From Patescibacteria group bacterium (lineage in GTDB: Bacteria > Patescibacteriota > Patescibacteriia > UBA10025 > JAHIVO01): a stretch of DNA of 64,000 nucleotides. Under the pieces are notes generated by a model. It was not told the DNA's origin, did not search any database, and worked only from the letters and a program-made list of their open reading frames with translations. The stretch covers positions 685,942 through 749,941 of the forward strand of contig JBMOKY010000001.1 of assembly GCA_049325535.1 (NCBI GenBank), written 5' to 3'. This document shows, piece by piece, positions 20,098 to 29,632 of the stretch; position 1 is the stretch's first letter; every line of letters begins with the position of its first letter. The position numbers and the translations under genes were made by a program.

Positions 20098-20128
20098 GGT
20101 CAATCACCTGACCTGTGGATAACTTATG
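20098..20128 (-). terminator. intrinsic terminator of the small minus-strand gene
   Basis: Minus-strand CAGGUCA-GGUGAU-UGACCUG hairpin followed by UUUUUUUGUUG. Confidence 0.55.
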
Positions 20129-20176
20129 GTATATAAAAAATTGATTACCCTTATTCCGGTGCCATTAAAAAAAGCT

Positions 20177-20335
20177 CTATCGAGCCAGAGTAATAGCTGC
20201 GTACACACCGGCAGCCACTGCACCAAGCACGATCACGGTCAGCAACACCTTCACCCCTATGCCTAATCCTACCTCTGTCTGGGTCCTTAATTCGGGACGT
20301 TGCTGTTCGGGAAATTTTTGATCATCAGTATTCAT
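20177..20335 (-). CDS. small single-TM protein (hypothetical)
   Basis: MNTDDQKFPEQQRPELRTQTEVGLGIGVKVLLTVIVLGAVAAGVYAAITLAR has a polar N-terminus and one TM helix. A terminator lies downstream. Confidence 0.35.
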   Translation of the reverse strand: MNTDDQKFPEQQRPELRTQTEVGLGIGVKVLLTVIVLGAVAAGVYAAITLAR

Positions 20336-20399
20336 ACGTATGTTAGTATAGCATAGGCTTGCGGTCGAAACCATTTATCCGTACAATACAACCCACAGT

Positions 20400-21773
20400 A
20401 TGAAATACTATCCCTACATCATCGGATGCCAGATGAATTATGCTGATGGCGAACGGCTGGCCAATCTGCTCGAATCGCACGGCTGTACGCGAACGGCACA
20501 GGAATCCGAAGCCGACATCATTGTGGTCATTTCCTGTTCCGTGCGCCAGAAGGCCATGGACCGTATTTTCGGCAAGATGCGTACCTGGCGGCGCTGGCAA
20601 ACGGAACGGAGCGTCAAAACGGTCCTCACCGGCTGCGTACTCCCTGCCGACCGGGAACAGGTCGCCGGTGCGTTCGACGTCTTCATCGAAATCAAGGATA
20701 TGATGCAGCTGCCCGCCCGACTGGGACTGACACCACTGGATGCCCAGGCCGGCGACATCACCAATGCCGATTATCTGGCCCTGCAACCGAATTACCAGTC
20801 AACATTTCAGGCGTGGATACCGATCATGACCGGATGCAATAACTACTGTACTTTCTGCGCCGTGCCATACACCCGTGGCCAGGAATCATCCCGGCCATCA
20901 TCGGAAATTATCAGCGAGGTCACCCACCTGATTGCTCGCGGCTACAAAGAAATCACGCTGCTCGGGCAAAACGTCAACGCGTACATCGATCCGGAGAAAT
21001 ACCATGATACGGAAACTATCTACTCCCGTTCACGTTTTTTTTGGGAATTCAAACCCGACCAACCGATCCAATGGCGCATGGCAACGACTCACGTACCAAA
21101 GGATTTTGCTGAACTTCTCACAAAAATAAACGCCATACCCGGCAACTTCTGGATCCGTTTTCTCACCTCAAACCCCCAGGACGTATCTGACGATTTGATC
21201 AGCACATTACCTACACTAAAAAAAGTCACTCCCTATTTCCATTTGCCCATGCAAGCAGGCGATGATGAGATACTCCGCCGGATGAACCGCCGCCATACCA
21301 AGGAGTATTACCTTGAACTCATTAGCAAAATCCGCGCTGCCTGGCCGGGTGTGGCGATTTCCACCGATATTATCGTAGGCTTTCCCGGCGAATCTGCCGA
21401 ACAATTCAACCATACCGCTGATGTGATGCGCCAAGTCAAATATGACATGGCGTACATCGCCGAATATTCTCCGCGGCCCGGCACCAGCGCCCAGCGTTTT
21501 TTCAGAGATGACGTAACGAAAAAAGAAAAAATGCGACGTAAAAACGTACTCAATGACATATTGACCGAGACGGCTCGAACGCTGAATCAGCAGTACATCG
21601 GCTCGACCGTACCAGTGCTGGTGGACCGATATGATGAAAAACGAAGCCTCAATTCAGGCAAAACAGCCACCAACAAAACGATTCAATTTCCCGGAACAAA
21701 TCATGTCGGGAAATTTGTCGACGTGACCATCCAGTCCGCTGACGCCTGGGGTATGGCCGGAGTTATGAAATAA
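20400..21773 (+). CDS. miaB: tRNA methylthiotransferase, radical-SAM MiaB family
   Basis: N-terminal MTTase domain, radical-SAM CNNYCTFC motif and C-terminal TRAM domain. Confidence 0.85.
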   Translation: MKYYPYIIGCQMNYADGERLANLLESHGCTRTAQESEADIIVVISCSVRQKAMDRIFGKMRTWRRWQTERSVKTVLTGCVLPADREQVAGAFDVFIEIKDMMQLPARLGLTPLDAQAGDITNADYLALQPNYQSTFQAWIPIMTGCNNYCTFCAVPYTRGQESSRPSSEIISEVTHLIARGYKEITLLGQNVNAYIDPEKYHDTETIYSRSRFFWEFKPDQPIQWRMATTHVPKDFAELLTKINAIPGNFWIRFLTSNPQDVSDDLISTLPTLKKVTPYFHLPMQAGDDEILRRMNRRHTKEYYLELISKIRAAWPGVAISTDIIVGFPGESAEQFNHTADVMRQVKYDMAYIAEYSPRPGTSAQRFFRDDVTKKEKMRRKNVLNDILTETARTLNQQYIGSTVPVLVDRYDEKRSLNSGKTATNKTIQFPGTNHVGKFVDVTIQSADAWGMAGVMK

Positions 21774-21814
21774 AAAAATCGCCAGGCACCAGTGGAAGTA
21801 GATGCATGGCGATG

Positions 21815-22324
21815 CTACAGGGCATTTCCCGCCAGAGCGGTCAGAACATACGTCAGTACGTAGGCACGCAGGGTGGTGCCAAAAAATACGCACCCATATG
21901 ACAGTGGCGTGGGCCGGAAAACGCACAGGGCAATGGCGAATTTGACCACAAACGGTAAAAAACCGAGGATGACCAACGAGAGATAGTACCATACTTTAAA
22001 AATCAGGTACCAATCTGCATCATAGGTAATCTGGCTGGCACGATGCAGCCAGCGGTCAAATTTTCGTCCAACCCGATTGCGTTCAAAAAAATCTCGATCG
22101 ATTTCCCAGTACGCACGCAGCGATTTGGACAACCCGTAGACATAGATGACAAAGTACAAACTCAGGGCGATAAAAATTAATCCCTGATGGTGAAACGCAT
22201 AGGCCAACCACGGGATGACAATCTCCAGGGGTATGATTCCCAATGTGGCAAATACCGCCACGCAGATCTTGGCGATGCCAGTGACCTGCCCCTGGGAAAA
22301 ACGCCCGTTCAGCGACAGGTTCAT
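21815..22324 (-). CDS. polytopic membrane protein (hypothetical; possibly DedA/VTT-like)
   Basis: 4-5 predicted TM helices. The ILGFLPFVVKF segment resembles the VTT/DedA re-entrant loop motif. This is a weak call. Confidence 0.4.
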   Translation of the reverse strand: MNLSLNGRFSQGQVTGIAKICVAVFATLGIIPLEIVIPWLAYAFHHQGLIFIALSLYFVIYVYGLSKSLRAYWEIDRDFFERNRVGRKFDRWLHRASQITYDADWYLIFKVWYYLSLVILGFLPFVVKFAIALCVFRPTPLSYGCVFFGTTLRAYVLTYVLTALAGNAL

Positions 22325-22468
22325 AGCACCTCCAATACGATTGCAAAGAGCGTAAATATCAGCTCAGTGTAGTGGAAAAGGCACTCACTGTCAATCCACC
22401 CGACCATACCTAGCAAAGCCGGTGCAGAACCGCTATACTTACTGCATTGATTTTTCGAGGGTGATATT

Positions 22469-23353
22469 ATGCCCAAACCGATTCTAATCGCCATCGTCGG
22501 CCCGACCGCCAGCGGCAAAACCGGCCTGGCTATCAGGCTGGCAAAAAAATTCAATGGGGAAATAATCTCCGCCGACTCGCGCCAGGTTTACCGCGGCATG
22601 GATATCGGCAGCGGCAAGGCGACCCGCATAGAACAGCGCCAGGCTCCTCACCATCTGCTGGATGTAGCCTCACCAAAACGCGAATACAATGTGTCCCATT
22701 TCCAGCGCGATGCCCGACGGGTCATCCGCGCCATACACCGCCGCGGCCATCTCCCCTTGCTCGTCGGCGGGACCGGTTTTTGGATACAGGCGGTTACCGA
22801 CGACCTCGACCTGCCCCAGGTGAAACCAAATCCGCGCCTGCGCGCACAGCTGATGAAAAAAAGTGCCTCAGAACTCTTTGTTATGCTTCATCAGCTTGAT
22901 CCGGGTCGCACCCGTACCATCGACCGGCACAATCCCTACCGTCTCATCCGTGCCATCGAAATCGTCAAAGCCACCCACCGGCCGATTCCCGCGCTTTCCC
23001 GCCGGTCGCCCTATCGGGTGCTCACTCTCGGTATCGCGCTTACTCCGACGCGGTTGCATCGCCAGATCAGCACACGACTGCGAACGCGGTTCCGCGCAGG
23101 CATGGTCGCCGAAGTGGCACGGCTGCACGCCCAGGGCGTCAGCTGGAAACGATTGGAGGCATTTGGACTGGAGTATCGGTTTGTCAGCCGCTATCTTCGC
23201 AAAAAAATCACGCGAGCTGAACTCTTTGATGAATTGGAAAAAGCCATCAAACACTATGCCAAACGACAGCTCACCTGGTTCCGTAAAAACCGGCATATCC
23301 ACTGGATCAGGACCGAAACTCAAGCGCAGCGTCTGATCCGCGATTTTATTTGA
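22469..23353 (+). CDS. miaA: tRNA dimethylallyltransferase
   Basis: P-loop IVGPTASGKT and the ...ISADSRQVYRGMDIGSGK... block. It is co-localised with miaB. Confidence 0.9.
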   Translation: MPKPILIAIVGPTASGKTGLAIRLAKKFNGEIISADSRQVYRGMDIGSGKATRIEQRQAPHHLLDVASPKREYNVSHFQRDARRVIRAIHRRGHLPLLVGGTGFWIQAVTDDLDLPQVKPNPRLRAQLMKKSASELFVMLHQLDPGRTRTIDRHNPYRLIRAIEIVKATHRPIPALSRRSPYRVLTLGIALTPTRLHRQISTRLRTRFRAGMVAEVARLHAQGVSWKRLEAFGLEYRFVSRYLRKKITRAELFDELEKAIKHYAKRQLTWFRKNRHIHWIRTETQAQRLIRDFI

Positions 23354-23405
23354 CTCCACCGTTCACTGCCGTATACTATAGCTATCATCATTGACTCGTG
23401 TATCT

Positions 23406-23738
23406 ATGCCCACTATCATCAGCGGAAAAAACTTCAAACTATCAAACCCCCTGAAAGACTACGTCTCCGCAAAACTCCACAAGCTGGAAAAATATTCCGA
23501 ACATATTATCGCCTCAAAAGCTGAGCTGGACCACGACGTGAACCAGCGCACCGGCACCGTCTATCGGGCTGAACTGTCTGTCACTGTCCCCGGTGCTATC
23601 CTGATGGCCGGCCAGAAAGCCGAGCATATGCGCGAAGCTATCGACCGGTGCGTGCAAAAACTGCAGATGCAAATTACGAAATACGAAAAGAAAAAAATCG
23701 AACGGCCGCGTCGTGCTGGAGCGCGCAATAAAAAATAG
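23406..23738 (+). CDS. hpf: ribosome hibernation promoting factor, short form (HPF/RaiA/YfiA)
   Basis: MPTIISGKNFKLSNPLKDYVSAKLHKLEKYS... has the sigma-54-modulation-protein fold signature. Upstream promoter TTGACT-N16-TATACT at 23350..23377. Confidence 0.8.
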   Translation: MPTIISGKNFKLSNPLKDYVSAKLHKLEKYSEHIIASKAELDHDVNQRTGTVYRAELSVTVPGAILMAGQKAEHMREAIDRCVQKLQMQITKYEKKKIERPRRAGARNKK

Positions 23739-23743
23739 CGCGG

Positions 23744-23772
23744 TCCGTACGGGTACGAAACCGCGCTGAGCA
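23744..23772. terminator. hairpin terminator (mainly minus-strand orientation)
   Basis: GCGCGGU...ACCGCGC is a 7-bp stem. On the minus strand it is followed by UAUUUUUUAUU. Confidence 0.45.
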
Positions 23773-23789
23773 AGTCGAGTCACCGATGG

Positions 23790-23960
23790 CTATTCGTCTT
23801 CGATGACTACTTCACGTTGATCAGGGTGATCAATCGGTGCTCCATCCGGCTTTCCCGCGGCCAAGCGCGTTCGGCGCGCAGCCGGGCAGTCGCACTGCTT
23901 ACCGACCGGGATAGACCGGCCACAATGGTAGCACTCATAGGTACGATCAGTGTCCGACAT
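23790..23960 (-). CDS. small zinc-ribbon protein (hypothetical)
   Basis: CYHCGRS...CDCPAARR provides four Cys in a ribbon arrangement. It is co-directional with, and downstream of, the pyrD-like gene. Confidence 0.35.
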   Translation of the reverse strand: MSDTDRTYECYHCGRSIPVGKQCDCPAARRTRLAAGKPDGAPIDHPDQREVVIEDE

Positions 23961-24022
23961 GAAAACCTCCATGTGTCAGTGAGTCGGGATGGTACATACC
24001 GTAGCAGAGTCTCCCCCGCCGG

Positions 24023-24904
24023 TCAAGCGGCTTTTCTGGATCGAGCCCAGGCAGCCGCGAGACGCGTCGAAATCCACGGCCGCGTGATATGAGCGCTGCC
24101 GATACTGACTGCTGCCGCGCCAGTCTCCAAAAACCGCTGTACATCAGCGGCAGTCATGACCCCACCCCCGCCGATAATCGGCAACGACGTCTGCTCGTGA
24201 AACCAGCGTACCTGTTCCAGTGCCTGCTCCTGAATCAGCGCTCCCGACACCCCGCCGCCGAACCGGAGCGGTGATCGCCTATTTGGAAAACGCCTGGTAA
24301 ACGGGATGGTATTGATCATATCCACCGCGTCGATACCGGCTTCATTCAGTGCCTCAGCCACCGCTCGCCGCTGCGACAGCTCGAGGTAACTGATTTTGAC
24401 GATCAGCGGATGGTTGCTTTCCTGGCGTATGGCTCGTAATATCAGGCGCAGGTATTCCGGATCCGCCTGCATGTTCTTCCATTCCGGCGTATTTGGGCAG
24501 GAAATATTCACCTCGATACCGGCTATCCGCAGGGGCGCCAGCGACGCGGCCATCATGGGCAGCGATACCGGATCTGGATCACTGATGGAGACGATGCACC
24601 GGCCGCCGTTCAAATACGGATACTGCTGAGCAATAAACCATTCGAGACCAGGATTTGTCAATCCGAGCGCATTGACCCAGCCACCCTCGAGTGGCCACAG
24701 TACCTGCCAGGGATTCCACCCCCGCCAGTTCCCTACCCGCGGTTGGCTGGTTAGGGTCTTGGTGATATACGCTCCCAGCTGTTCGGGCCGCACCAAACCA
24801 GCCCACACCAGTGGCCGATCCCACCAGTACGCCTGGCCAAACCCGAGCGCACCCGATGACGCGATAATCGGATTTGGCAGCGTCAAACGTCCCATGGTAA
24901 TCAT
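24023..24904 (-). CDS. pyrD: dihydroorotate dehydrogenase-like TIM-barrel oxidoreductase (class 1 catalytic subunit)
   Basis: LPNPIIASSGALGFG, GLTNPGLEW, IEVNISCPNT, LIVKIS and IIGGGGV match the DHODH class-1 motifs. Confidence 0.72.
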   Translation of the reverse strand: MITMGRLTLPNPIIASSGALGFGQAYWWDRPLVWAGLVRPEQLGAYITKTLTSQPRVGNWRGWNPWQVLWPLEGGWVNALGLTNPGLEWFIAQQYPYLNGGRCIVSISDPDPVSLPMMAASLAPLRIAGIEVNISCPNTPEWKNMQADPEYLRLILRAIRQESNHPLIVKISYLELSQRRAVAEALNEAGIDAVDMINTIPFTRRFPNRRSPLRFGGGVSGALIQEQALEQVRWFHEQTSLPIIGGGGVMTAADVQRFLETGAAAVSIGSAHITRPWISTRLAAAWARSRKAA

Positions 24905-25126
24905 GTGATACCTCCTCTTGGTTTCTTTTTTTTAAATGGACGCTATGTGTTTTATAAAAAAATCCCCACCGATTGGTGGGGATGAAATACCCGCATACAA
25001 AAAACTCCGGGGTCTCCCGGAGGTGTTTCAGATCCGAATCGTATTTGGCTCAGACTGTGGATAAGTGGTATCAGCGGCATATATCCACGAATGAGTATAC
25101 ACCCACGACCCTATCATCGTCAAAAA

Positions 25127-26686
25127 CTAGTGTAATTGATTGCGTAATTCTTCGGCGGCAGCACCAGCGTCTGCCTGGCCCTTGGTAGCGCGCATCACCT
25201 GCCCGATGAGAAACTGCAGCACCGGTTCTTTGCCGGCTTGATACTCGGCCACGACCGAAGGATGTGAGCGGATCACCTCAGCCACCACCGCCGAGAGGTC
25301 TAACTCAGCCGCGGCAGTATCCAGCTGCTCCGATTCCATGATATCCGACGGGTCGCCGCCGGTGGCAAACATACGCTCCAGCACCTGCTGACCGGTCTGA
25401 TTGTTTAGGCGTTTCTGAAATATGAGTTTCATCAGCTCGGCGAAATTTTCTGGCGTAATCGGTATTGCGACGGCGTCAGTGCCGGTATCGATATGCATCA
25501 GGCGCAATAGGCGGCTGAGAATCCAATTAGCCGTTTTTTTGGTCAGTACCCGGCCATCGCGTTTCCAGATTTCTTCCTCGGTTCCTTCCAGCCCAGCGTC
25601 AGCCACTAGCCAGGCGCGCAATTCAGACACGACTGCCTCGAAATAATTCGCCAGGTGCTGGTCACTGACCAAAACCGATATGTCATAGTTACCCAGTGCA
25701 AATTGCGTGCGAAATCGCTCTCGCTTCGCCGCCGGTAATTCACTGACTGCCAGCCGGGCACGATCGATATCCTCGGTACTGAGCACGACCGGCGGCAGAT
25801 CAGGCTCCGGGAAATACCGGTAGTCATGCTGCTCTTCCTTCACCCGCTGGAGAAATGTCTCCCCTTTCTTTTCATCCCAGCCGCGGGTAGATTGGGCCAT
25901 GGGCGGCTGGTCAGCATCCCAGAGTTTGGTCTGACGCTCAATTTCATACTGTAGCGCCCGCTCCACGGAACGGAACGAATTGAGATTTTTTATCTCAGTC
26001 TTCGGATATAGCGCCTGCGGATCCAGACCGATGCTCCCGAGAATCGCCCGACGCTCATCAGTGAAATTCGCTGGATTGGGTCGGAGAGAGATATTGGCGT
26101 CGCAGCGCAAATGCCCCTTTTCCATGTCCGCGTCTGACACCCCGAGATACCGCATGATCAATCTGAGCTCCTGCAAAAACGCTTTTGCCCCTTCCGGCGT
26201 CTGGATGTCGGGACGAGTGACGATTTCCACCAAGGGAGTACCCGCCCGATTATAGTCCACATAGCTGGCGCCCTGGTTTGCTTCGTGCATCAATTTCCCA
26301 GTGTCCTCCTCCAGATGCACCCGTTCGATACGAATTCGGCGCCGTGTTTCCCCAAATTGGATTACCAAATGCCCGTCGTGGCCAAAAGGTTTATCCGACT
26401 GGGATATCTGGTAGCCTTTGGGCAGGTCAGGATAAAAATAGCTCTTCCGGTCAAAATGTGAGGTGGTATTGATCTCGCACTCCAGGGCCAGCGCTGTCAT
26501 CAGGGTATAGTGAATGGCTTCGGCATTGATGGTCGGCAGCGTGCCGGGATGCCCGAGGGTCAAGGGATCGACCACGGTATTCGGGGGATCGGCGTCTGCC
26601 GGAACTGGACACGACGAAAACATCTTGCTTTTCGTTTTCAGCTGTACGTGGATTTCTAGCCCAATAATCGGCTCGTACTTATTCAT
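25127..26686 (-). CDS. gatB: aspartyl/glutamyl-tRNA amidotransferase subunit B
   Basis: N-terminal YEPIIGLEIHVQL...KMFSSC signature and a C-terminal GatB/YqeY domain. Confidence 0.9.
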   Translation of the reverse strand: MNKYEPIIGLEIHVQLKTKSKMFSSCPVPADADPPNTVVDPLTLGHPGTLPTINAEAIHYTLMTALALECEINTTSHFDRKSYFYPDLPKGYQISQSDKPFGHDGHLVIQFGETRRRIRIERVHLEEDTGKLMHEANQGASYVDYNRAGTPLVEIVTRPDIQTPEGAKAFLQELRLIMRYLGVSDADMEKGHLRCDANISLRPNPANFTDERRAILGSIGLDPQALYPKTEIKNLNSFRSVERALQYEIERQTKLWDADQPPMAQSTRGWDEKKGETFLQRVKEEQHDYRYFPEPDLPPVVLSTEDIDRARLAVSELPAAKRERFRTQFALGNYDISVLVSDQHLANYFEAVVSELRAWLVADAGLEGTEEEIWKRDGRVLTKKTANWILSRLLRLMHIDTGTDAVAIPITPENFAELMKLIFQKRLNNQTGQQVLERMFATGGDPSDIMESEQLDTAAAELDLSAVVAEVIRSHPSVVAEYQAGKEPVLQFLIGQVMRATKGQADAGAAAEELRNQLH

Positions 26687-26954
26687 AGTAGTACTATTGT
26701 ACCAGAATTAGCCCAATCTGAAAAAGCGGGATACAATCACCCTCCACGCTGCACACCGGACTATTTCTTGTCAGCAGAATCTGACTGTTTGGTGCCTATG
26801 ACGAGGTCTTTGTCAGCGTCGAGAACCCCATCCATTTGCAGCTCGGTGGGCCGTTCGGCTGCATTTGTATATGTGCCCGATACAGCGCCGCTCCGATAAA
26901 TCCCCAGTTTCCGTAACATATCCATGAATCCCATATGTGTGTATTAGTTATATA

Positions 26955-27719
26955 CTACTCTTCCCTAATTGCCGAGAATCGTGAGTGCCGCTTCGTTTCC
27001 TGAAATTCCTGCCATGCGGCACGCATGCGTTGCACACTCTGCCGCACCGTACCGCCCGTATCGATCACCACGACCTGTGCCCCCCGCCGCTGGTACAGCT
27101 GACGGAACCAGGGTGCGAGAAACCGCCGCTGTGCTTTTTGTAGAAACGCCTTGCGTTCAAACATCGACTTATCTTTTTTTTGCCGCCGCGCGAGCCGGCG
27201 GATCACCTCATCTACATCAGTCCTGAGGACGCAGAGCAAATCCGGCCGGTGCTGGAGAGCCAGTGCATTGCCGTCCAGTTCTGTGACAAACGATAGCGGC
27301 GTACTCGCGGACAGAAGCGGCTGATAGGCAAATGACGTGGACGCCGACCGCTCCTGAAAGACATACATCCCCCGCGCCAATGCCGGCAGCACCACCCGCT
27401 GCTGCAGGATATACCGATCCAGGGCAAATGCCTCGGCGATTGCCCGTGCCGAATACGGCCGCTCATTTGACTCGGTCAATTCCTGTCGGATCGCCCGACC
27501 GATCAATGAATGTGTCGGTTCGGCAGTGATCAGGACATCATATCCGCGCCAGTCGGCTCTGTCCGGCAATCTGCCGTGTTTCTTCTCATACTCAACCACG
27601 CTAAATACCTTCAGTCGCTGCTGCCGCGCCCATCCGGCCAATGCCCGAACCAGGGTACCCTTGCCCGAGCCATCAATACCATCGATCACTACAAATGTCC
27701 CTCGCGTACGTTTCGCCAT
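26955..27719 (-). CDS. tmk: thymidylate kinase (dTMP kinase) with C-terminal extension
   Basis: P-loop FVVIDGIDGSGKGT, a LID-like EP...IGRAIR, DR...SS.AYQ and a RRQKKDKSMFE lid/arginine region. It clusters with folA and thyA. Confidence 0.62.
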   Translation of the reverse strand: MAKRTRGTFVVIDGIDGSGKGTLVRALAGWARQQRLKVFSVVEYEKKHGRLPDRADWRGYDVLITAEPTHSLIGRAIRQELTESNERPYSARAIAEAFALDRYILQQRVVLPALARGMYVFQERSASTSFAYQPLLSASTPLSFVTELDGNALALQHRPDLLCVLRTDVDEVIRRLARRQKKDKSMFERKAFLQKAQRRFLAPWFRQLYQRRGAQVVVIDTGGTVRQSVQRMRAAWQEFQETKRHSRFSAIREE

Positions 27720-27720
27720 A

Positions 27721-28209
27721 TTATCTGGTCAATTCATAAAAAGTATAAGTAAAGCCATTGCCCTGGCTTTTTCGCTCACTTAATACTGTTTTAAATTCCG
27801 CATAGTCAGGGAAAAATGCGTGTCCTTCGATTTCCACGTCAACCACGGTGATATACAGTTTTTCAATGATAGGCATGGCCTGGCGGAATATTTCCCCGCC
27901 ACCGATGACAAATATCTCGCCATTTTCCTCTTTCTCTTGTGCCAATGCCACGGCCTCATCCAATGACTGTACGACGAAACATCCCTCTGCTGTGTAGTCC
28001 GGATTGCGGGTGATAATGATGCTCACGCGATTTGGTAACGGCCGGCCGATGGATTCATACGTCTTCCGACCCATGATCATCACATGCCCCTTGGTCAGAT
28101 TACGGAAATGCTGCAGATCCTCGGGTATATCCCAGGGCAGAGTGCCATCCCGGCCGATGACGTGGTTTTTTGATATGGCGACAATGCCGCTAATTGTTGG
28201 TTTGGTCAT
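27721..28209 (-). CDS. folA: dihydrofolate reductase
   Basis: ISGIVAISKNHVIGRDGTLPWDIPEDLQHFRNLT...IMGRKTYESIG...NRVSIIITRN is canonical DHFR. The start is placed at the MTKPT Met. The ORF track extends to 28242. Confidence 0.85.
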   Translation of the reverse strand: MTKPTISGIVAISKNHVIGRDGTLPWDIPEDLQHFRNLTKGHVMIMGRKTYESIGRPLPNRVSIIITRNPDYTAEGCFVVQSLDEAVALAQEKEENGEIFVIGGGEIFRQAMPIIEKLYITVVDVEIEGHAFFPDYAEFKTVLSERKSQGNGFTYTFYELTR

Positions 28210-28394
28210 AATGGATTTCTGAATGCTCGCTATGCTTGTCATTCTGAGCCCATTCGACTTCGCTCAGGGCAGGCTCCACTCGAGTAGTGTCGAAGAATCT
28301 ACATGACATACGGCAACCGGCATAGAGATTCTTCAGTCGCTGACGCTCCTTCAGAATGACAAAGGGTGGCCGGTATTCATGCTTCCAGTAACTG

Positions 28395-29207
28395 CTAAAT
28401 CGCAATCGGCGCTTTTATCCCCGGATGCGGATCATACCCCTCCAGGGTGAAGTCCTCAAATGCAAAACTAAAAATATCTTTTTTTGCAGGATTGATATTC
28501 ATCGTAGGCAACGCCCTCGGTTCTCGCGACAGTTGCAGCTTCACTTGTTCAAGATGATTATTATAAATATGCAGGTCCCCAAACGTATGAACAAAGTGCC
28601 CCAACTGCAAACCCGTCACCTGCGCCATCATCATCGTGAGTAATGAGTACGAAGCGATGTTAAATGGCACGCCCAAAAATGCATCGGCACTGCGCTGGTA
28701 CAATTGGCATGATAATTTCCCATTGATCACATAAAACTGAAATATAGTATGACACGGCGGCGGTGCAGTCTTCTTACCGCCAATCAAGGTCTGCAAATCC
28801 CCCACGTTCCATCCCGAGACAATAATCCGCCGTGAGTCAGGATTCTTCTGTATCATATCCACTGCATTCTGAATTTGGTTAATCGTCGATCCATCCGGTG
28901 CGGTCCAGGCAGTCCACTGCTTGCCATAGATCGGTCCGAGATCTCCATGCTCATCAGCCCATTCATCCCAGATAGTCACTCCGTGGTCATTTAACCATTT
29001 TACATTGGTATCCCCCTTCAGAAACCACAGCAGTTCATAAATGATGGATTTCAAGTGTACTTTTTTGGTCGTCACCAGCGGGAAACCCTTAGCCAAATCA
29101 TACCGCGTCTGGTAGCCAAACACCGACCGCGTACCAGTGCCGGTCCGGTCTGCTTTGTCAGTGCCGTTGTCTAAAACGTATTGGAGGAGATCCAAATATT
29201 GCCGCAT
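28395..29207 (-). CDS. thyA: thymidylate synthase
   Basis: [31 protein letters not shown]...PPCH...FQFYV matches the ThyA active-site region. Confidence 0.92.
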   Translation of the reverse strand: MRQYLDLLQYVLDNGTDKADRTGTGTRSVFGYQTRYDLAKGFPLVTTKKVHLKSIIYELLWFLKGDTNVKWLNDHGVTIWDEWADEHGDLGPIYGKQWTAWTAPDGSTINQIQNAVDMIQKNPDSRRIIVSGWNVGDLQTLIGGKKTAPPPCHTIFQFYVINGKLSCQLYQRSADAFLGVPFNIASYSLLTMMMAQVTGLQLGHFVHTFGDLHIYNNHLEQVKLQLSREPRALPTMNINPAKKDIFSFAFEDFTLEGYDPHPGIKAPIAI

Positions 29208-29396
29208 AGGACCTTAAGTATACTAAAAATACCACCCACTGTCACCTCATGCATATGGTCGGTTATTAGTAAAAATTCTGCACCCAACGTGGTGCGGGAT
29301 TGTCGCATAGGACCTTAAGTATACCCAAAAAAATAGACATTTGTCATATTTTTATAAGCAATATAAGCACATATTCAATACTTTTTCCCGCCACTC

Positions 29397-29425
29397 TTGA
29401 CAAAACTAGAAAGACGGTGTATACT
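29397..29425 (+). promoter_or_regulatory. sigma-70-type promoter TTGACA-N17-TATACT
   Basis: Exact -35 TTGACA, a 17-nt spacer and -10 TATACT, about 95 nt upstream of the SD-ATG at 29522. Confidence 0.6.
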
Positions 29426-29521
29426 CATTTGTTTTTGATATATATTCTTGTTCTTTTTATCACTAACGGACAAAAAAACAGTTAACGAATAATCAGGTAC
29501 GACAAGTACAAGGAGAAACAG

Positions 29522-29581
29522 ATGCAAATGGAACGTGGAGCTAGCTTTTTGCTGGCACTGGGTACGGCGATCGGAAACTGA
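29522..29581 (+). CDS. 19-codon upstream ORF, in frame with the M50 protease gene and separated from it by one TGA
   Basis: A strong SD (AAGGAGAAACAG-ATG) precedes MQMERGASFLLALGTAIGN-TGA. The reading frame continues IVFFFIATWLGSDQAAFM-ATILIV... into the protease. Confidence 0.4.
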   Translation: MQMERGASFLLALGTAIGN

Positions 29582-29632
29582 ATCGTCTTTTTCTTCATCG
29601 CGACATGGCTCGGGAGTGACCAAGCTGCTTTT

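Noticed and set aside
23391-23405. TTG start for hpf (ORF-track start at 23391)
   Set aside because: It would lie about 6 nt from the predicted transcription start of the TTGACT-N16-TATACT promoter. The ATG at 23406 gives the canonical MPTIISGKN N-terminus.
26760-26933. 57-codon minus-strand ORF (MGFMDMLRKLGIYRSGAVSG...) in the gatB-tmk spacer
   Set aside because: Too short, with no SD and no motif. It might be real but cannot be supported.
29579-29581. TGA recoding (Gly as in SR1/Gracilibacteria, or Trp) as the explanation for the in-frame TGA before the M50 protease
   Set aside because: prfA and dnaE terminate at TGA with tightly coupled downstream ATGs. All long ORFs are intact under the standard code. 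So TGA is a stop here, and the M50 case is local.
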